Positions 11,446 to 22,134 of a stretch of DNA of 64,000 nt are shown in pieces; the stretch's first letter is position 1, and each line of letters starts with the position of its first letter. The notes under the pieces were generated by a model. That model was not told where the DNA came from. It saw only the letters and a list, made by a program, of their open reading frames with translations, and made no database searches. A program made the translations under genes and the position numbers. The DNA comes from an uncultured Gammaproteobacteria bacterium (GTDB lineage Bacteria; Pseudomonadota; Gammaproteobacteria; UBA9214): positions 96,001 through 160,000 of the forward strand of contig CAVVHS010000005.1 in NCBI GenBank assembly GCA_963748215.1. Direction: 5' to 3'.

Positions 11446-11874
11446 CTAGCGGGTTCGCGGGCACAGGCCGTCGCCGAAGAAGAACTCGATTTCCTGGGCG
11501 GCGGTCTCCGGGGCATCGGACCCGTGCACGGCATTCTCGTCCACGGTCTTGGCGAAATCGGCACGAATGGTGCCTGCTGCGGCCTCGGCCGGGTTGGTGG
11601 CACCCATCAGCTCGCGGTTCTTCTTGACGGCATTCTCCCCTTCCAGCACCTGCACCACCACCGGACCCGAGGTCATGAATTCGACCAGGTCGTTGTAGAA
11701 CGGACGCTCCTTGTGCACGGCGTAGAAGCCCTGGGCCTGCTCCTTCGTGAGATGGAGCATCTTCATCGCGATGACGCGCAGCCCGTTTTTCTCGAAACGG
11801 CTGACGATCTCGCCAATCACATTCTTGGCGACCGCATCGGGTTTGATAATGGAAAAGGTCCGTTCAATTGCCAT
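11446..11874 (-). CDS. ndk: Nucleoside diphosphate kinase
   Basis: [24 protein letters not shown]. Confidence 0.98.
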   Translation of the reverse strand: MAIERTFSIIKPDAVAKNVIGEIVSRFEKNGLRVIAMKMLHLTKEQAQGFYAVHKERPFYNDLVEFMTSGPVVVQVLEGENAVKKNRELMGATNPAEAAAGTIRADFAKTVDENAVHGSDAPETAAQEIEFFFGDGLCPRTR

Positions 11875-12065
11875 GCCATACTCCGTAAATAACGCTGAAC
11901 AAGAAACCCGCCGGAAAACGGGGGGTTAGTGAATAATTTCAATCGGGTAGTTTAAGCGCAAGACGGCGCGCAAGCAATGACGCCGCGGCACTTTTCAGCA
12001 AGAATTATACCGGATGGGGCTTGTTAGCATTTGGATTCGCAACAGAGCGCACAGAGTTGACTAGC

Positions 12066-12173
12066 GAACCTCTGATTAATTCGTCATGCCGGCGAAAGCC
12101 GGCATCCAGGCCATTGAGAACACTGGATCCCGGCATGCGCCGGGATGACGATGAGTGAATCAATCAGAGGTTC
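12066..12173. repeat. MITE-like element: GAACCTCTGATTAATTC terminal IR enclosing a CGTC-type palindrome
   Basis: IRs 12066-12082 and 12157-12173; internal CGTCATGCCGGCGAAAGCCGGCATCCAG...CTGGATCCCGGCATGCGCCGGGATGACG; related copies at 33641 and 46645. Confidence 0.8.
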
Positions 12174-12249
12174 CATCGTTCAACAGAGCAATATTCAACC
12201 TCTTTGCACCCGGTGTTCTCTGTGGCGTTTTTTTCATTCAGCCCGTCGC

Positions 12250-13119
12250 TCAGGAAAACACCCGGTGGGCGGTCTCGCCGATCAGCGCCGGGTTGCGCAC
12301 CACGTGCACGCCCAGCTCTTGCATCACGTCCATCTTGGCATTGGCGGTGTCGGCCTGGCCGGAAATGATGGCGCCGGCATGTCCCATGCGCCGTCCGGGC
12401 GGTGCCGAGACACCGGCAATGAAACCGACGACCGGCTTTTTCATGTTGTCGCGTGCCCAGCGCGCCGCCTCGACTTCCTGCTGGCCGCCGATCTCGCCGA
12501 TCATGATGACGGCGTCGGTGTCCGGGTCTTCCTCGAAGGCCCGCAGCACGGTGACGAAATCGGTGCCGTTGACCGGGTCGCCACCGATGCCGACCGAGGT
12601 CGACTGGCCCATGCCGAGCTCCGACATCTGCTGCACGGCCTCGTAGTTGAGTGTGCCGGAACGCGACACCACGCCGATGCGGCCCGGCGTGTAGATATGC
12701 GAGGGCATGATGCCGACCTTGCAGGCGGCCGGGGTGATGATGCCGGGCGTGTTCGGCCCGATGATGACCGCGTTGCGATCCTTGGCGTAGCGCTTGACCT
12801 TCACCATGTCGTGTACCGGGATGCCGTCCGCGATCACGACCGCCACGGCGATACCGGCCTCGATCGCCTCCATGATGGCATCGGCGGCAAACGGCGGCGG
12901 CACGAAGATCCCGGCCACGTCGGCGCCGGTCTGTTCGACGGCCTGGTGTACGGTGTCGAACACCGGCAGGCCGAGGTGGTGCTGGCCGCCCTTGCCGGGG
13001 GTCACGCCGCCGACGATGGTGGTGCCGTTCTGCATGGCCTCTTCGGCATGAAAGGTGGCGTGTTGGCCGGTGAAGCCCTGGATAATGACGCGCGAATGCT
13101 TGTGTACGAATACACTCAT
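12250..13119 (-). CDS. mtkB: Malate--CoA ligase (succinyl-CoA synthetase-like) alpha subunit
   Basis: [26 protein letters not shown]; in operon with mcl. Confidence 0.8.
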   Translation of the reverse strand: MSVFVHKHSRVIIQGFTGQHATFHAEEAMQNGTTIVGGVTPGKGGQHHLGLPVFDTVHQAVEQTGADVAGIFVPPPFAADAIMEAIEAGIAVAVVIADGIPVHDMVKVKRYAKDRNAVIIGPNTPGIITPAACKVGIMPSHIYTPGRIGVVSRSGTLNYEAVQQMSELGMGQSTSVGIGGDPVNGTDFVTVLRAFEEDPDTDAVIMIGEIGGQQEVEAARWARDNMKKPVVGFIAGVSAPPGRRMGHAGAIISGQADTANAKMDVMQELGVHVVRNPALIGETAHRVFS

Positions 13120-14285
13120 GAGGATGCTCCCAGTGTTGCCATGACCCTGGTGGCCGCATCGTCCAGGTTCTCCGCCATGATGAACGGGAAACCGGACTGT
13201 TCCAGGATGGGTGCGCCGAGCTCGACGTTGGTGCCGGCCAGCCGCACCACGATCGGCACATCGATCTGCAGGTCGCGCATGGCCTGCACCAGGCCCTCGG
13301 CGATCCAGTCGCAGCGGTTGATGCCGGCGAAAATGTTGACCAGGATGATTTTCACGTTCGGATCCTGCAACACGATGCGGAAGGCGTTGCCGACCTTCTC
13401 CGGCGAGGCGCCGCCGCCGACGTCGAGGAAGTTGGCCGGCTTGCCCTGATGGAAGCTGATCGCATCCATGGTGGCCATGGCCAGGCCCGCGCCGTTGACG
13501 ATGCAGCCGACGTTACCATCCAGCGCGATGTAGTTCAGGCCGTGGCCGGAGGCCTCGACCTCCTTGGTGTCTTCCTCATCGAAATCGCGCATCTCGGTGA
13601 TGTCCGAATGGCGGTACAGCGCGTTGCCGTCGAAAGACATCTTGGCGTCCAGCGCGATCAGGTCGCCGCCGTTGATCTCGGCCAGCGGATTGATCTCCAC
13701 CAGCAGCGCATCCTTGTCGCGGAAGCAGCGGTACAGCGCCAGCATCAGCTTGGTGGCGGCACTGATCTGCTTGCCCCGCAGGCCGATCTTCGCCGCGATC
13801 TTGCGGCACTGGAAACTCATCAGTCCGACCGCCGGATCGACCGTCTCGCGAATCACGCGCTCGGGCGTGGCCTTCGCGACTTCCTCGATGTTCATGCCGC
13901 CGGAGGCCGAGGCGATGATGGTCACGCGCTGGCTGGCGCGGTCGATCACCATGCCCAGGTAGTATTCCTTTTCGATGTTGCTGGCCTGCTCCACCAGCAC
14001 ACGCTGCACCAGGCGCCCGGCCGGTCCGGTCTGCGGCGTCACCAGGTGGATACCGATCATGGCGTCGGTATGATGGCGTACCTCGTCGAGCGAATTCGCG
14101 ACCTTGACACCGCCGCCCTTGCCACGGCCACCGGCATGGATCTGCGCCTTCACCACCCAGCGCTCGCCTCCGAGGTCCTCGGCGATGGTCACGGCATTGT
14201 CGACATTGTGCGCGACACGCCCGGCGGGGACCGGAACGCCGTAGCCGCGCAGCAGTTCCTTGGTCTGGTATTCATGGATATTCAC
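13116..14285 (-). CDS. mtkA: Malate--CoA ligase beta subunit
   Basis: [20 protein letters not shown], and [13 protein letters not shown] (MtkA-type rather than SucC NIFGGIVRCD); GTG start with GGAG RBS. Confidence 0.85.
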   Translation of the reverse strand: MNIHEYQTKELLRGYGVPVPAGRVAHNVDNAVTIAEDLGGERWVVKAQIHAGGRGKGGGVKVANSLDEVRHHTDAMIGIHLVTPQTGPAGRLVQRVLVEQASNIEKEYYLGMVIDRASQRVTIIASASGGMNIEEVAKATPERVIRETVDPAVGLMSFQCRKIAAKIGLRGKQISAATKLMLALYRCFRDKDALLVEINPLAEINGGDLIALDAKMSFDGNALYRHSDITEMRDFDEEDTKEVEASGHGLNYIALDGNVGCIVNGAGLAMATMDAISFHQGKPANFLDVGGGASPEKVGNAFRIVLQDPNVKIILVNIFAGINRCDWIAEGLVQAMRDLQIDVPIVVRLAGTNVELGAPILEQSGFPFIMAENLDDAATRVMATLGASS

Positions 14286-14423
14286 GTGGCTTCTCCGTTG
14301 TTGTCGTTTAGCCCGCCTATTGCACCGGCATACGGGATGCTGGCGCAGGACAGGTGCGGCTGTACGCCGCTCTGGAACGAGAGTCATAGCAGTGGCTATG
14401 ACTTGAGTGAAGAGGTCGCTCCC

Positions 14424-14475
14424 GGCATGGCCCAGGCCAGTCTCTCGACCGCATGGCGGTCTCACCTTCTCCTGC
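14424..14475. repeat. Dispersed 52-bp hairpin-bearing repeat (second copy 46783-46834)
   Basis: GGCATGGCCCAGGCCAGTCTCTCGA..CTCACCTTCTCCTGC shared with 46783-46834. Confidence 0.75.
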
Positions 14476-14659
14476 CTCCCGTGCCACTTGCACGTCCCTG
14501 TGTATCGCAAGTCCAGGCGTGCCTGGGCCAGCCAGGGCCCTGATAGGCCGCGGGCCGGTTACATACCGTACCCCTGTAATTCGATGGACCCTCAATGCTT
14601 GTTACCCCGTTTTGACATGATTACCTGCAGGACCGCGGCCGGCCGGTGCAACAGGCTGG

Positions 14660-15634
14660 CTACTGTCGTGCCGTGAGCGACTGCTGGATCTGGTCTGCCT
14701 TGCTGACCAGCACCTGCGCCTGGCGAATGGATGCGGCATCGATCAGGCGCCCGTCCAGCGCCACCGCGCCGCGGCCTTCCTTCGCGGCCTCTTCCATCGC
14801 GACCAGAATACGGCGTGCGCGGTCGACTTCCGCTTCCCCGGGGGTGAACACCTGGTGAGCCAGCTCGATCTGCGAGGGATGGATGGCCCACTTGCCCTCC
14901 ATGCCCAGCGCCGCCATGCTGCCGGCAGCAGCGAGATAGCCGTCCGGGTCGTTGAAGTCGCCGAACGGGCCGTCGATCGGACGCAGGCCGTACGCACGGC
15001 AGGCCACGACCAGGCGCGAGGCCGCGAAGTGCCACTGGTCACCCCAGTGCCGCTCGCGCCGGCCCTGCTCGTCCGGGTGTGTCAGGGTGTAGTAATCCGG
15101 GTTGGCGCCGCCCATGTTGGTGGTGCGCGCCTGGGTGGATGCCGCGTAGTCCGCGACGCCGAACACCATGGCCTCGAGGCGTTCCGGACAGGTCTGCGCG
15201 ATGCTCTCCACGTTGGCCATGCCCATGGCGGTCTCGATCAGTATATGCAGGTTGATCGGCTTATAGCCCTTCGCCGCCTCGATCTGCTCCAGCATGGTGG
15301 ACACGAACAGGATGTCCGACGGTGAGCCGACCTTGGGAATCAGGATGGTGTCCAGCTTGTCGCCGGCCTGTTCGACCACGTCCACGATGTCGCGGTAGCA
15401 GTAATGGGTATCCAGGCCGTTGATGCGCACCGAGACCGAACAGTGCGACCAGTCCATGTCATTCAGCGCATCGATGACGTTCTTGCGCGCCTGCGCCTTG
15501 TCGTCCGGCGCCACGGCGTCCTCGAGGTCCAGGAATACCACGTCGGCACCGGCCGTCGGGGCCTTCTCCAGCATGCGGGTATTACTGCCGGGGACAGCCA
15601 GTTCACTTCGGTGCAGACGATTTCTTACAGCCAT
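14660..15634 (-). CDS. mcl: L-malyl-CoA lyase (CitE/HpcH family)
   Basis: RSELAVPGS, FLDLEDAVAP, VRINGLDT, LIETA.G, FGVADYAAS, GKWAIHPSQI. Confidence 0.88.
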   Translation of the reverse strand: MAVRNRLHRSELAVPGSNTRMLEKAPTAGADVVFLDLEDAVAPDDKAQARKNVIDALNDMDWSHCSVSVRINGLDTHYCYRDIVDVVEQAGDKLDTILIPKVGSPSDILFVSTMLEQIEAAKGYKPINLHILIETAMGMANVESIAQTCPERLEAMVFGVADYAASTQARTTNMGGANPDYYTLTHPDEQGRRERHWGDQWHFAASRLVVACRAYGLRPIDGPFGDFNDPDGYLAAAGSMAALGMEGKWAIHPSQIELAHQVFTPGEAEVDRARRILVAMEEAAKEGRGAVALDGRLIDAASIRQAQVLVSKADQIQQSLTARQ

Positions 15635-15914
15635 GGAATACCTCTGTTCTGAATTTGGACACAAGGAACCCGCCCGGCAAATCAGGGTCGGAAGAACTCC
15701 AGCGGAAAAAACCCGGCAGGAACAAGGCCGCGTAATATACAAGGTTGCAACGGTTAATGGAACGCGGCGCCGCTGCGGGTACCGGGCGGCAGGCGGTTGA
15801 CCGTGTATCAGCGGCGCCGGACACGGTACTTGAAATCTATATTTATTCAGTCAGTTACAGCAGCGTCTTGCAACAGTTTTGCAACTCTAGGCCGGCACGC
15901 GGCGCACACCGCGA

Positions 15915-16115
15915 TCAATCGCGCTCTTCGATCCAGGCCATCTGGATGGCCTCGAGAATGCGTTCACCGCTGTGCTCCGGGTCATCATCGAAGGAATCCA
16001 GCTGCATCACCTTTTCGCGCAGGTCGACGAAATTGATCGTCAGCGGGTCCACGTCGGGCCAGGCCTCGACGAGTTCGATGGCGATGTCCAGGGTATCCGT
16101 CCATTTAAGAGCCAT
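15915..16115 (-). CDS. iscX: Fe-S assembly protein IscX
   Basis: LKWTD..DIAIEL..DP, FDDDP.HSGERILEAIQ.AW. Confidence 0.95.
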   Translation of the reverse strand: MALKWTDTLDIAIELVEAWPDVDPLTINFVDLREKVMQLDSFDDDPEHSGERILEAIQMAWIEERD

Positions 16116-16145
16116 TATTGTGCACCTGCGTTGCCTTGTTAAATT

Positions 16146-16224
16146 GTAGGAGCGGATCTCATCCGCGATCATATCGAATTTTTCGAGAGTCACAAAAAAG
16201 ATCGCGGATGAGATCCGCTCCTAC
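16146..16224. repeat. GTAG-type REP doublet
   Basis: Perfect 25-bp inverted repeat GTAGGAGCGGATCTCATCCGCGATC at 16146-16170 and 16200-16224. Confidence 0.85.
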
Positions 16225-16234
16225 CCTGATCTGA

Positions 16235-16573
16235 TCAGTGATTCTCCGACACCATGTTGATGGTGTATTTCGGGATCTCCACTACCAAGTCAGCATCGCC
16301 GACCACAGCCTGGCAACTCAGGCGCGAGTCCGGGTCCAGGCCCCAGGCCTTGTCGAGCAGGTCGTCCTCGTCCTCGGTGGACTCTGCCAGTGAATCCGCA
16401 CCCTCGCGGATGTACACATGACAGGTGGTACAGGCGCAGGATTTTTCGCAGGCATGCTCGATCTCGATACCGTTCGCCAGCGCGGCATCGCAGATAGTGG
16501 TGCCCGGACTGGCCTCGATAACGGCACCTTCGGGACAGATTTCCTCGTGGGGCAGAAAGATTATCTGGGTCAT
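16235..16573 (-). CDS. fdx: ISC 2Fe-2S ferredoxin
   Basis: IEHACEKSCACTTCH, LDKAWGL, SRLSCQ. Confidence 0.97.
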   Translation of the reverse strand: MTQIIFLPHEEICPEGAVIEASPGTTICDAALANGIEIEHACEKSCACTTCHVYIREGADSLAESTEDEDDLLDKAWGLDPDSRLSCQAVVGDADLVVEIPKYTINMVSENH

Positions 16574-16611
16574 GGGCGTGTGTATACCGGTGCAGCTGCG
16601 CACATTGCAAG

Positions 16612-18489
16612 TCAGGTGTTGAATTCGTCCACGCGATGGCCGGCCATGACGGCACGGATGCTGGTGTTCATGCGCCGCTCGACATAGATGCTGCTGGCCT
16701 GCTCGACCGCCTCGATCGCCTGCTTGATGGCGCGATAGTCGCTGCCGTTGCGGCACCCGGCCAGCGTTGCCGCCGCCGCATCGATGGCGGCGCGCTCTTC
16801 GGCATTCAGCAGCTCGTCACCGTCTTTCGACAGCGCGGCCTGCAGGGCCTCGAGTACACGGTCGGCCTCGACCTGTTCCTCGCGCAGACGCCGGGCATCG
16901 CGGTCGTCCGCGGCGTGCGCCATGGAATCCTTCAGCATGGTCTCGATCTCGCGATCACTCAGACCGTAGGACGGCTTGATCTCGATGCTGCTTGTCACGC
17001 CCTGCGTCAGTTCCCCGGCCGTGACATTGAGCAGACCGTCGGCGTCGACCTGAAACGTGACACGGATACGTGCGGCACCGGCCACCATGGGCGGAATGTC
17101 GTGCAGCTCGAATTTCGCCAGCGAACGGCAGTCATCCACCAGCTCACGCTCGCCCTGCACGACGTGCAGCGACATGGCGGTCTGGCCGTCCTTGAACGTG
17201 GTGAACTCCTGGGCACGCGCGGTGGGTATGGTGGTATTGCGCGGAATGATTTTCTCGGTCAGTCCGCCCATCGTCTCCAGCCCCAGCGACAGCGGGATGA
17301 CATCCAGCAACAGCATTTCCTCGTCGGGCTTGTTGCCGGCGAGGATGTCGGCCTGGATGGCGGCGCCCACGGCGACCACCTTGTCCGGATCGATATCGAC
17401 CATCGGCTCGGCCTTGAAGAAGTCCGCCACCCGCGCGCGCACCAGCGGCACGCGCGTGGAACCACCCACCATCACCACGGTCTGCACCTCGCCGGCACGC
17501 ACACCCGCATCGCGCAGCGCGCGCCGGCAGGGCCCCAGCGTCTTCTCGACCAGCGTGCCGATCAGCACTTCAAAGTGCGCGCGCGTCAGTTCGCCCGTCC
17601 AGTGGCTTCCATCATCGCGGACGACGTCGACCACGACCCGGTCCTGCACGGTGAGCGCCTCCTTGGCGGAGCGCGCGATCTGCATCAGGTGGCGCAAGCG
17701 GCTGTGCCCGGCATCGTCGCCGATACCGGCCTGCGCCATGATCCATTGCGCCACGGCGCGGTCCATGTCATCACCGCCCAACGCCGTATCACCGGCGGTG
17801 GACAGCACTTCGAACACGCCCTTGTTGAGGCGCAGGACAGAGATATCGAAGGTACCACCGCCCAGGTCATAAATGGCGATCACACCCTCGGAACCCTGGT
17901 CGAGGCCGTAGGCGACCGCCGCCGCCGTCGGCTCGTTGAGCAGGCGCAGCACGTTCAGGCCGGCCAGCCGCCCGGCGTCCTTGGTCGCCTGGCGCTGTGC
18001 GTCGTCAAAATAGGCCGGCACGGTAATCACGACACCCTGTAGTTCACCGCCCAGCGTCTGTTCGGCACGCTGCTTCAGCGCCCGCAGGATCTCCGCGGAC
18101 ACCTCCACCGGGCTGACGTCGCCGCCGGCTGTGTGCAGCAGCGGCATGCCGCTCGAGCTGTCGACGAACGCGTAGGGCAACGCCGCGCCGATATGCCGTA
18201 TGTCGTCGACACCGCGCCCCATCAGGCGCTTGACCGAGGCAATGGTATTGAGCGGGTCGTCCACCGCCGCCGCCAGGGCGTCGTCACCGACCTCCGGTGC
18301 GCGATCGGCGTGATAGCGCACCACCGACGGCAGCAGGTGCCGGCCCTGCGTATCCGGCAAGGTTTCGGCCACCCCGCTGCGCACACTGGCTATCAGCGAG
18401 TTGGTGGTGCCGAGGTCGATGCCGGCCGCCAGCCGGTGCTGGTGCGGGGCCGTCGACTGGCCGGGTTCGGAGATTTGCAGTAGTGCCAT
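16612..18489 (-). CDS. hscA: Fe-S chaperone HscA
   Basis: [33 protein letters not shown]. Confidence 0.97.
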   Translation of the reverse strand: MALLQISEPGQSTAPHQHRLAAGIDLGTTNSLIASVRSGVAETLPDTQGRHLLPSVVRYHADRAPEVGDDALAAAVDDPLNTIASVKRLMGRGVDDIRHIGAALPYAFVDSSSGMPLLHTAGGDVSPVEVSAEILRALKQRAEQTLGGELQGVVITVPAYFDDAQRQATKDAGRLAGLNVLRLLNEPTAAAVAYGLDQGSEGVIAIYDLGGGTFDISVLRLNKGVFEVLSTAGDTALGGDDMDRAVAQWIMAQAGIGDDAGHSRLRHLMQIARSAKEALTVQDRVVVDVVRDDGSHWTGELTRAHFEVLIGTLVEKTLGPCRRALRDAGVRAGEVQTVVMVGGSTRVPLVRARVADFFKAEPMVDIDPDKVVAVGAAIQADILAGNKPDEEMLLLDVIPLSLGLETMGGLTEKIIPRNTTIPTARAQEFTTFKDGQTAMSLHVVQGERELVDDCRSLAKFELHDIPPMVAGAARIRVTFQVDADGLLNVTAGELTQGVTSSIEIKPSYGLSDREIETMLKDSMAHAADDRDARRLREEQVEADRVLEALQAALSKDGDELLNAEERAAIDAAAATLAGCRNGSDYRAIKQAIEAVEQASSIYVERRMNTSIRAVMAGHRVDEFNT

Positions 18490-18542
18490 CGCTTAACAAT
18501 GATCCGTAGCGTTGATGTTCGGCATCGGGTCGGCCCGGTACC

Positions 18543-19094
18543 TTACGCCAGTTCATCCTCGAGTGTCACCTCGAGCTCGACCGCCTCGTCCTGCAGGCGA
18601 CGAAAGAACTGCAGTTTCATGAGTGCCTCGCCGGCGGCCTGCAGGCTGGCGGCGTCGCCGCGGGCAAACAGTTCGGTCAGCCCGGCGACCAGTCCCTCGA
18701 TGTCATGGCCGATGCGGTCCTGGATCTCGCCCAGCGCCACGAAGGGCTCCTGTGCCGCGCGGACCTCGCCAAGGGCCTCGCGCAATTCCATCTGCTCCAT
18801 GAGGAAGCCGGTGTCACGCGTAGTGCGGTGTTCATCATCGAACTCGATACCGGCCAGCCCGAGCAAATAGCGACCGCGCCGCAGCGGGTCCTTCAGTACC
18901 TGGTAACCCTCGTTGATGCGCGTCGCATGCTGCGCGGAGATCCGCCGTTCGAGATCTGAAGCAGAGGCGAAGCGGTCCGGATGGGCAGTGCGCTGCAGCT
19001 CACGAAACCGCGCGTCCAGCTGCTGGCGGTCGATCGCAAAGGACTGCCGCAGACCGAACAGTTCGAAATGGGTTGGGGCGGATTCCACAGCCAT
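18543..19094 (-). CDS. hscB: Co-chaperone HscB
   Basis: HFELFGL, HPDRF J-domain, FLMEQMELRE. Confidence 0.96.
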   Translation of the reverse strand: MAVESAPTHFELFGLRQSFAIDRQQLDARFRELQRTAHPDRFASASDLERRISAQHATRINEGYQVLKDPLRRGRYLLGLAGIEFDDEHRTTRDTGFLMEQMELREALGEVRAAQEPFVALGEIQDRIGHDIEGLVAGLTELFARGDAASLQAAGEALMKLQFFRRLQDEAVELEVTLEDELA

Positions 19095-19128
19095 TACAGA
19101 AGAAACCTTGTGATCGAATAATGCATCG

Positions 19129-19214
19129 CGTCGTTGCGAGAGCAGCGAGGCAATCTGTTTAAATTCACCATCAGGCAGCTGGAGACAGCTTCGTCACTTC
19201 ATGACGCGCAATGA
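19129..19214. repeat. Degenerate CGTC-type palindromic repeat
   Basis: CGTCGTTGCGAGAGCAGCGAGGCAATCT...AGACAGCTTCGTC...CGCAATGA. Confidence 0.5.
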
Positions 19215-19266
19215 TAAACCAGTCAGGACTGGCAGAAGTCGATATGGCACACGTGATCAAGCCGGA

Positions 19267-19593
19267 CTAGATGTTGAAGCTCTCGCCGCAACCGCACTCG
19301 TCCTTGACATTGGGATTCCTGAACTTGAAGCCCTCGTTGAGGCCTTCACGCGCATAATCGAGTTCGGTGCCGTCGAGGTAGACCAGGCTCTTGGGATTGA
19401 TAATCACCTTCACGCCCTGGTCTTCGAACACCACGTCGTCGTCCTCGATGGTGTCGGCGTATTCCATTACGTAGGCCATGCCCGAGCAGCCGGTGGTCTT
19501 CACCCCGAGCCGCAGCGCGATGCCCTTGCCACGCTGTTCCATGAAATGACGAATGCGGTCAGCCGCGTTTGCTGTCAGTGTAATTGCCATCAT
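19267..19593 (-). CDS. iscA: Fe-S assembly protein IscA
   Basis: [16 protein letters not shown]. Confidence 0.97.
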   Translation of the reverse strand: MMAITLTANAADRIRHFMEQRGKGIALRLGVKTTGCSGMAYVMEYADTIEDDDVVFEDQGVKVIINPKSLVYLDGTELDYAREGLNEGFKFRNPNVKDECGCGESFNI

Positions 19594-19599
19594 GTCACC

Positions 19600-20820
19600 C
19601 TAGTGCGCCGCCCACTTCACGGAATCCAGGTCGATGCCATCCTTGTACATGTCCCACAGCGGCGACAGTTCGCGCAGCTTGGTGACCTTTTCCCTGACCC
19701 GCTCGATGACGTAGTCGATCTCTTCCTCGGTGGTAAAGCGGCCGATAGTGAAGCGGATCGAACTGTGCGCCAGCTCGTCATTGCGGCCGAGGGCGCGCAA
19801 CACGTAGGAAGGTTCCAGGCTGGAGCTGGTGCAGGCCGAGCCGGAAGACACGGCCATGTCCTTGAGCGCCATGATCAGGCTCTCGCCCTCGACATAATTG
19901 AAGCTGACATTGAGATTGCCGGGTATCCGGTGGTCGAGGTCACCATTCAGGTACACCTCCTCCATTTGGTTGAGGCCCTCCCAGAGCCGGTCGCGCAGCA
20001 CCCTGATGCGCTTGCCCTCTGTTTCCATCTCTTCGCGCGCGATGCGGAACGCTTCGCCCATGCCGGCAATCTGGTGCGTGGGCAGGGTACCGGAGCGCAG
20101 GCCGCGCTCGTGACCGCCACCGTGCATCTGCGCCTCCAGGCGCACGCGTGGTTTGCGGCGCACGTACAATGCACCGACACCCTTCGGCCCGTAGGTCTTG
20201 TGTGCCGAAAAGGACATCAGGTCGACCTTGAGGTTTTCCAGATCGATCGGCACCTTGCCGGTGCTCTGCGCGGCATCGACGTGAAAGATGACCTTGTGCT
20301 CGCGGCAGATTTCACCGATCGCACCGATGTCCTGGATGACGCCGATTTCATTGTTGACGTGCATGATGCTGGCAAGAATGGTGTCCGGGCGCAGCGCCGC
20401 CTCGAATTTTTTCAGGTCGAGCAGGCCGTTCGGCTCAGGATCGAGATAGGTGACCTCATATCCCTCGCGCTCGAGCTGGCGGCAGGAATCGAGCACGGCC
20501 TTGTGTTCGGTCTTGAGCGTCACGATATGCTTGCCGTTCTTGTGATAGAAATGCGCAACACCCTTGATGGCCAGGTTGTCGGATTCGGTTGCGCCGGAGG
20601 TCCAGATAATTTCCCTGGGATCGGCATTGACCAGCTTCGCCACCTCGGCACGCGCGTTCTCCACCGCCTCCTCGGCCTGCCAGCCGTAGGAATGGGAGCG
20701 CGACGCCGGGTTGCCGAACTGCCCCTGGCGCGTCAGATAGGTCATCATTTTTTCCGCAACACGCTCATCAACCGGTGTGGTTGCCGAATAGTCCATGTAA
20801 ATGGGTATGCTGATATTCAT
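19600..20820 (-). CDS. iscS: Cysteine desulfurase IscS
   Basis: [25 protein letters not shown]. Confidence 0.98.
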   Translation of the reverse strand: MNISIPIYMDYSATTPVDERVAEKMMTYLTRQGQFGNPASRSHSYGWQAEEAVENARAEVAKLVNADPREIIWTSGATESDNLAIKGVAHFYHKNGKHIVTLKTEHKAVLDSCRQLEREGYEVTYLDPEPNGLLDLKKFEAALRPDTILASIMHVNNEIGVIQDIGAIGEICREHKVIFHVDAAQSTGKVPIDLENLKVDLMSFSAHKTYGPKGVGALYVRRKPRVRLEAQMHGGGHERGLRSGTLPTHQIAGMGEAFRIAREEMETEGKRIRVLRDRLWEGLNQMEEVYLNGDLDHRIPGNLNVSFNYVEGESLIMALKDMAVSSGSACTSSSLEPSYVLRALGRNDELAHSSIRFTIGRFTTEEEIDYVIERVREKVTKLRELSPLWDMYKDGIDLDSVKWAAH

Positions 20821-20861
20821 TCGCTCTACCTTGCTCGTTTGACGATTGCCTGAATCAATAC

Positions 20862-21338
20862 CTATGCCACTGTCTTGCGCAGCCGCGGCACCCCGACCTC
20901 GTGACGGCTCTGCTGGCGACGCACGACCTGGTTGACATCTTCCCGTTCCAGAAAGCTGGCCAGTGTGACGCTGGCGAGAAATTCCTGGATCTGGCCACCG
21001 AGCTGCTGCCAGAGTTCATGCGTCAGGCAGCGCTCACCGTCCTGGCAGTCGGTGTTACCGCCGCACAGGGTGACGTCGATACCCTCGCCGATGGCATCGA
21101 TGACCTCGGCCACCGAGATCTCCGTGGGTGGCCGCGACAGCTGATAGCCGCCACCCGGGCCGCGTATGCCCTCGACCAGACCGTGCCTGCGCAGACGGGC
21201 GAACAGCTGTTCCAGGTAAGACAGGGAAATACCTTGAGCCTCGGAGATATCCGCCAGCGTCACGGCGCCTTCTCCGTGATGGATGGCGAGATCCATCATG
21301 GCAGTGACGGCATAACGTCCTTTGGTCGATAGTCGCAT
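20862..21338 (-). CDS. iscR: Fe-S cluster regulator IscR (Rrf2)
   Basis: [28 protein letters not shown]-x5-C-x5-C-LTH ligands. Confidence 0.95.
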   Translation of the reverse strand: MRLSTKGRYAVTAMMDLAIHHGEGAVTLADISEAQGISLSYLEQLFARLRRHGLVEGIRGPGGGYQLSRPPTEISVAEVIDAIGEGIDVTLCGGNTDCQDGERCLTHELWQQLGGQIQEFLASVTLASFLEREDVNQVVRRQQSRHEVGVPRLRKTVA

Positions 21339-21383
21339 AATCGTTTCCTGCCGAATAATCCCCATATGGGGATGCCCGGCCAA

Positions 21384-21408
21384 ATAACCAAGTAAATTAG
21401 TCAGGAAA
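21384..21408 (-). promoter_or_regulatory. Putative type-1 IscR operator
   Basis: Minus strand TTTCCTGACTAATTTACTTGGTTAT resembles ATASYYGACTRWWWYAGTCRRSTAT; 45 bp upstream of iscR. Confidence 0.65.
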
Positions 21409-21480
21409 TATTATGCGGCAGTCGCGCGGTGCAGGCAAGCGCCCGCGACTATCACAATGGGGATATACTGAAACTATCCT

Positions 21481-22008
21481 TCAGGACTCGGCGCCGAGCA
21501 GGTTTGCCGTGGTTGCCGCGATGGAATCCTCGACCGGCAGCACGACACGACCGGGAACAAAGCGGTGTCCCTGCATCAGGCAATATCCCAGCCATTTCTG
21601 CAGGAACCGGTTCATGCGCCACTTTTCGACCAGGGTGTACCTGTGGAACATGCGGTTGTAGAGTGCATGGCGCAGGCCGCGGCGGCGTCCGCAGGAGATA
21701 ACCTCGGCGACCTGCGCGTCGTGATACATCCTGACCTGCATGTCCGGCGCGGGGAAACGGCCGTGTGAATCGGTGAAGTGATAGGTCAGATTGAAGGTAG
21801 TGGTGAACTTGCAGCGCTCGATGACGCGCAGCTGCAGATCCAGCACGCCGTCGATCCGGGAAATGACGACGTCGGGCATGACATCGATATCCGGCACGAG
21901 ATTGCGTATGCGAATATAATTGCACTCATAGATTTCCATGAGCCCGGCAAAATTCTTCGTCGGGATGCCATGGTTCTCAAAATGTCGCAAGGTGCAATGC
22001 ATAACCAC
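21481..22008 (-). CDS. DUF1249 (YqiB-like) protein; start uncertain
   Basis: YECNY.R, ERCKFTT, VRMYHDAQVAEV, EKWRMNRFLQKWLGYCL. Confidence 0.85.
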   Translation of the reverse strand: MVMHCTLRHFENHGIPTKNFAGLMEIYECNYIRIRNLVPDIDVMPDVVISRIDGVLDLQLRVIERCKFTTTFNLTYHFTDSHGRFPAPDMQVRMYHDAQVAEVISCGRRRGLRHALYNRMFHRYTLVEKWRMNRFLQKWLGYCLMQGHRFVPGRVVLPVEDSIAATTANLLGAES

Positions 22009-22134
22009 ATCATATCATGTCGAAATTATTCTGCCGGTAACAGGCCACAGCGCCCGGTGCTGGCATTTGCAAAACTATCGGCGATAATCTGTCTTACTTG
22101 ACGGACCGTCAACCATTGACATAACAGGCCGACC

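Noticed and set aside
12250-14285. Canonical sucCD
   Set aside because: The [11 protein letters not shown] motif and adjacency to malyl-CoA lyase favour malate thiokinase.
7498-20853. Long antisense ORFs (e.g. 7498-9225, 10330-11892, 16636-18042, 19201-20853)
   Set aside because: Shadow frames of well-conserved genes in GC-rich DNA; no motifs.
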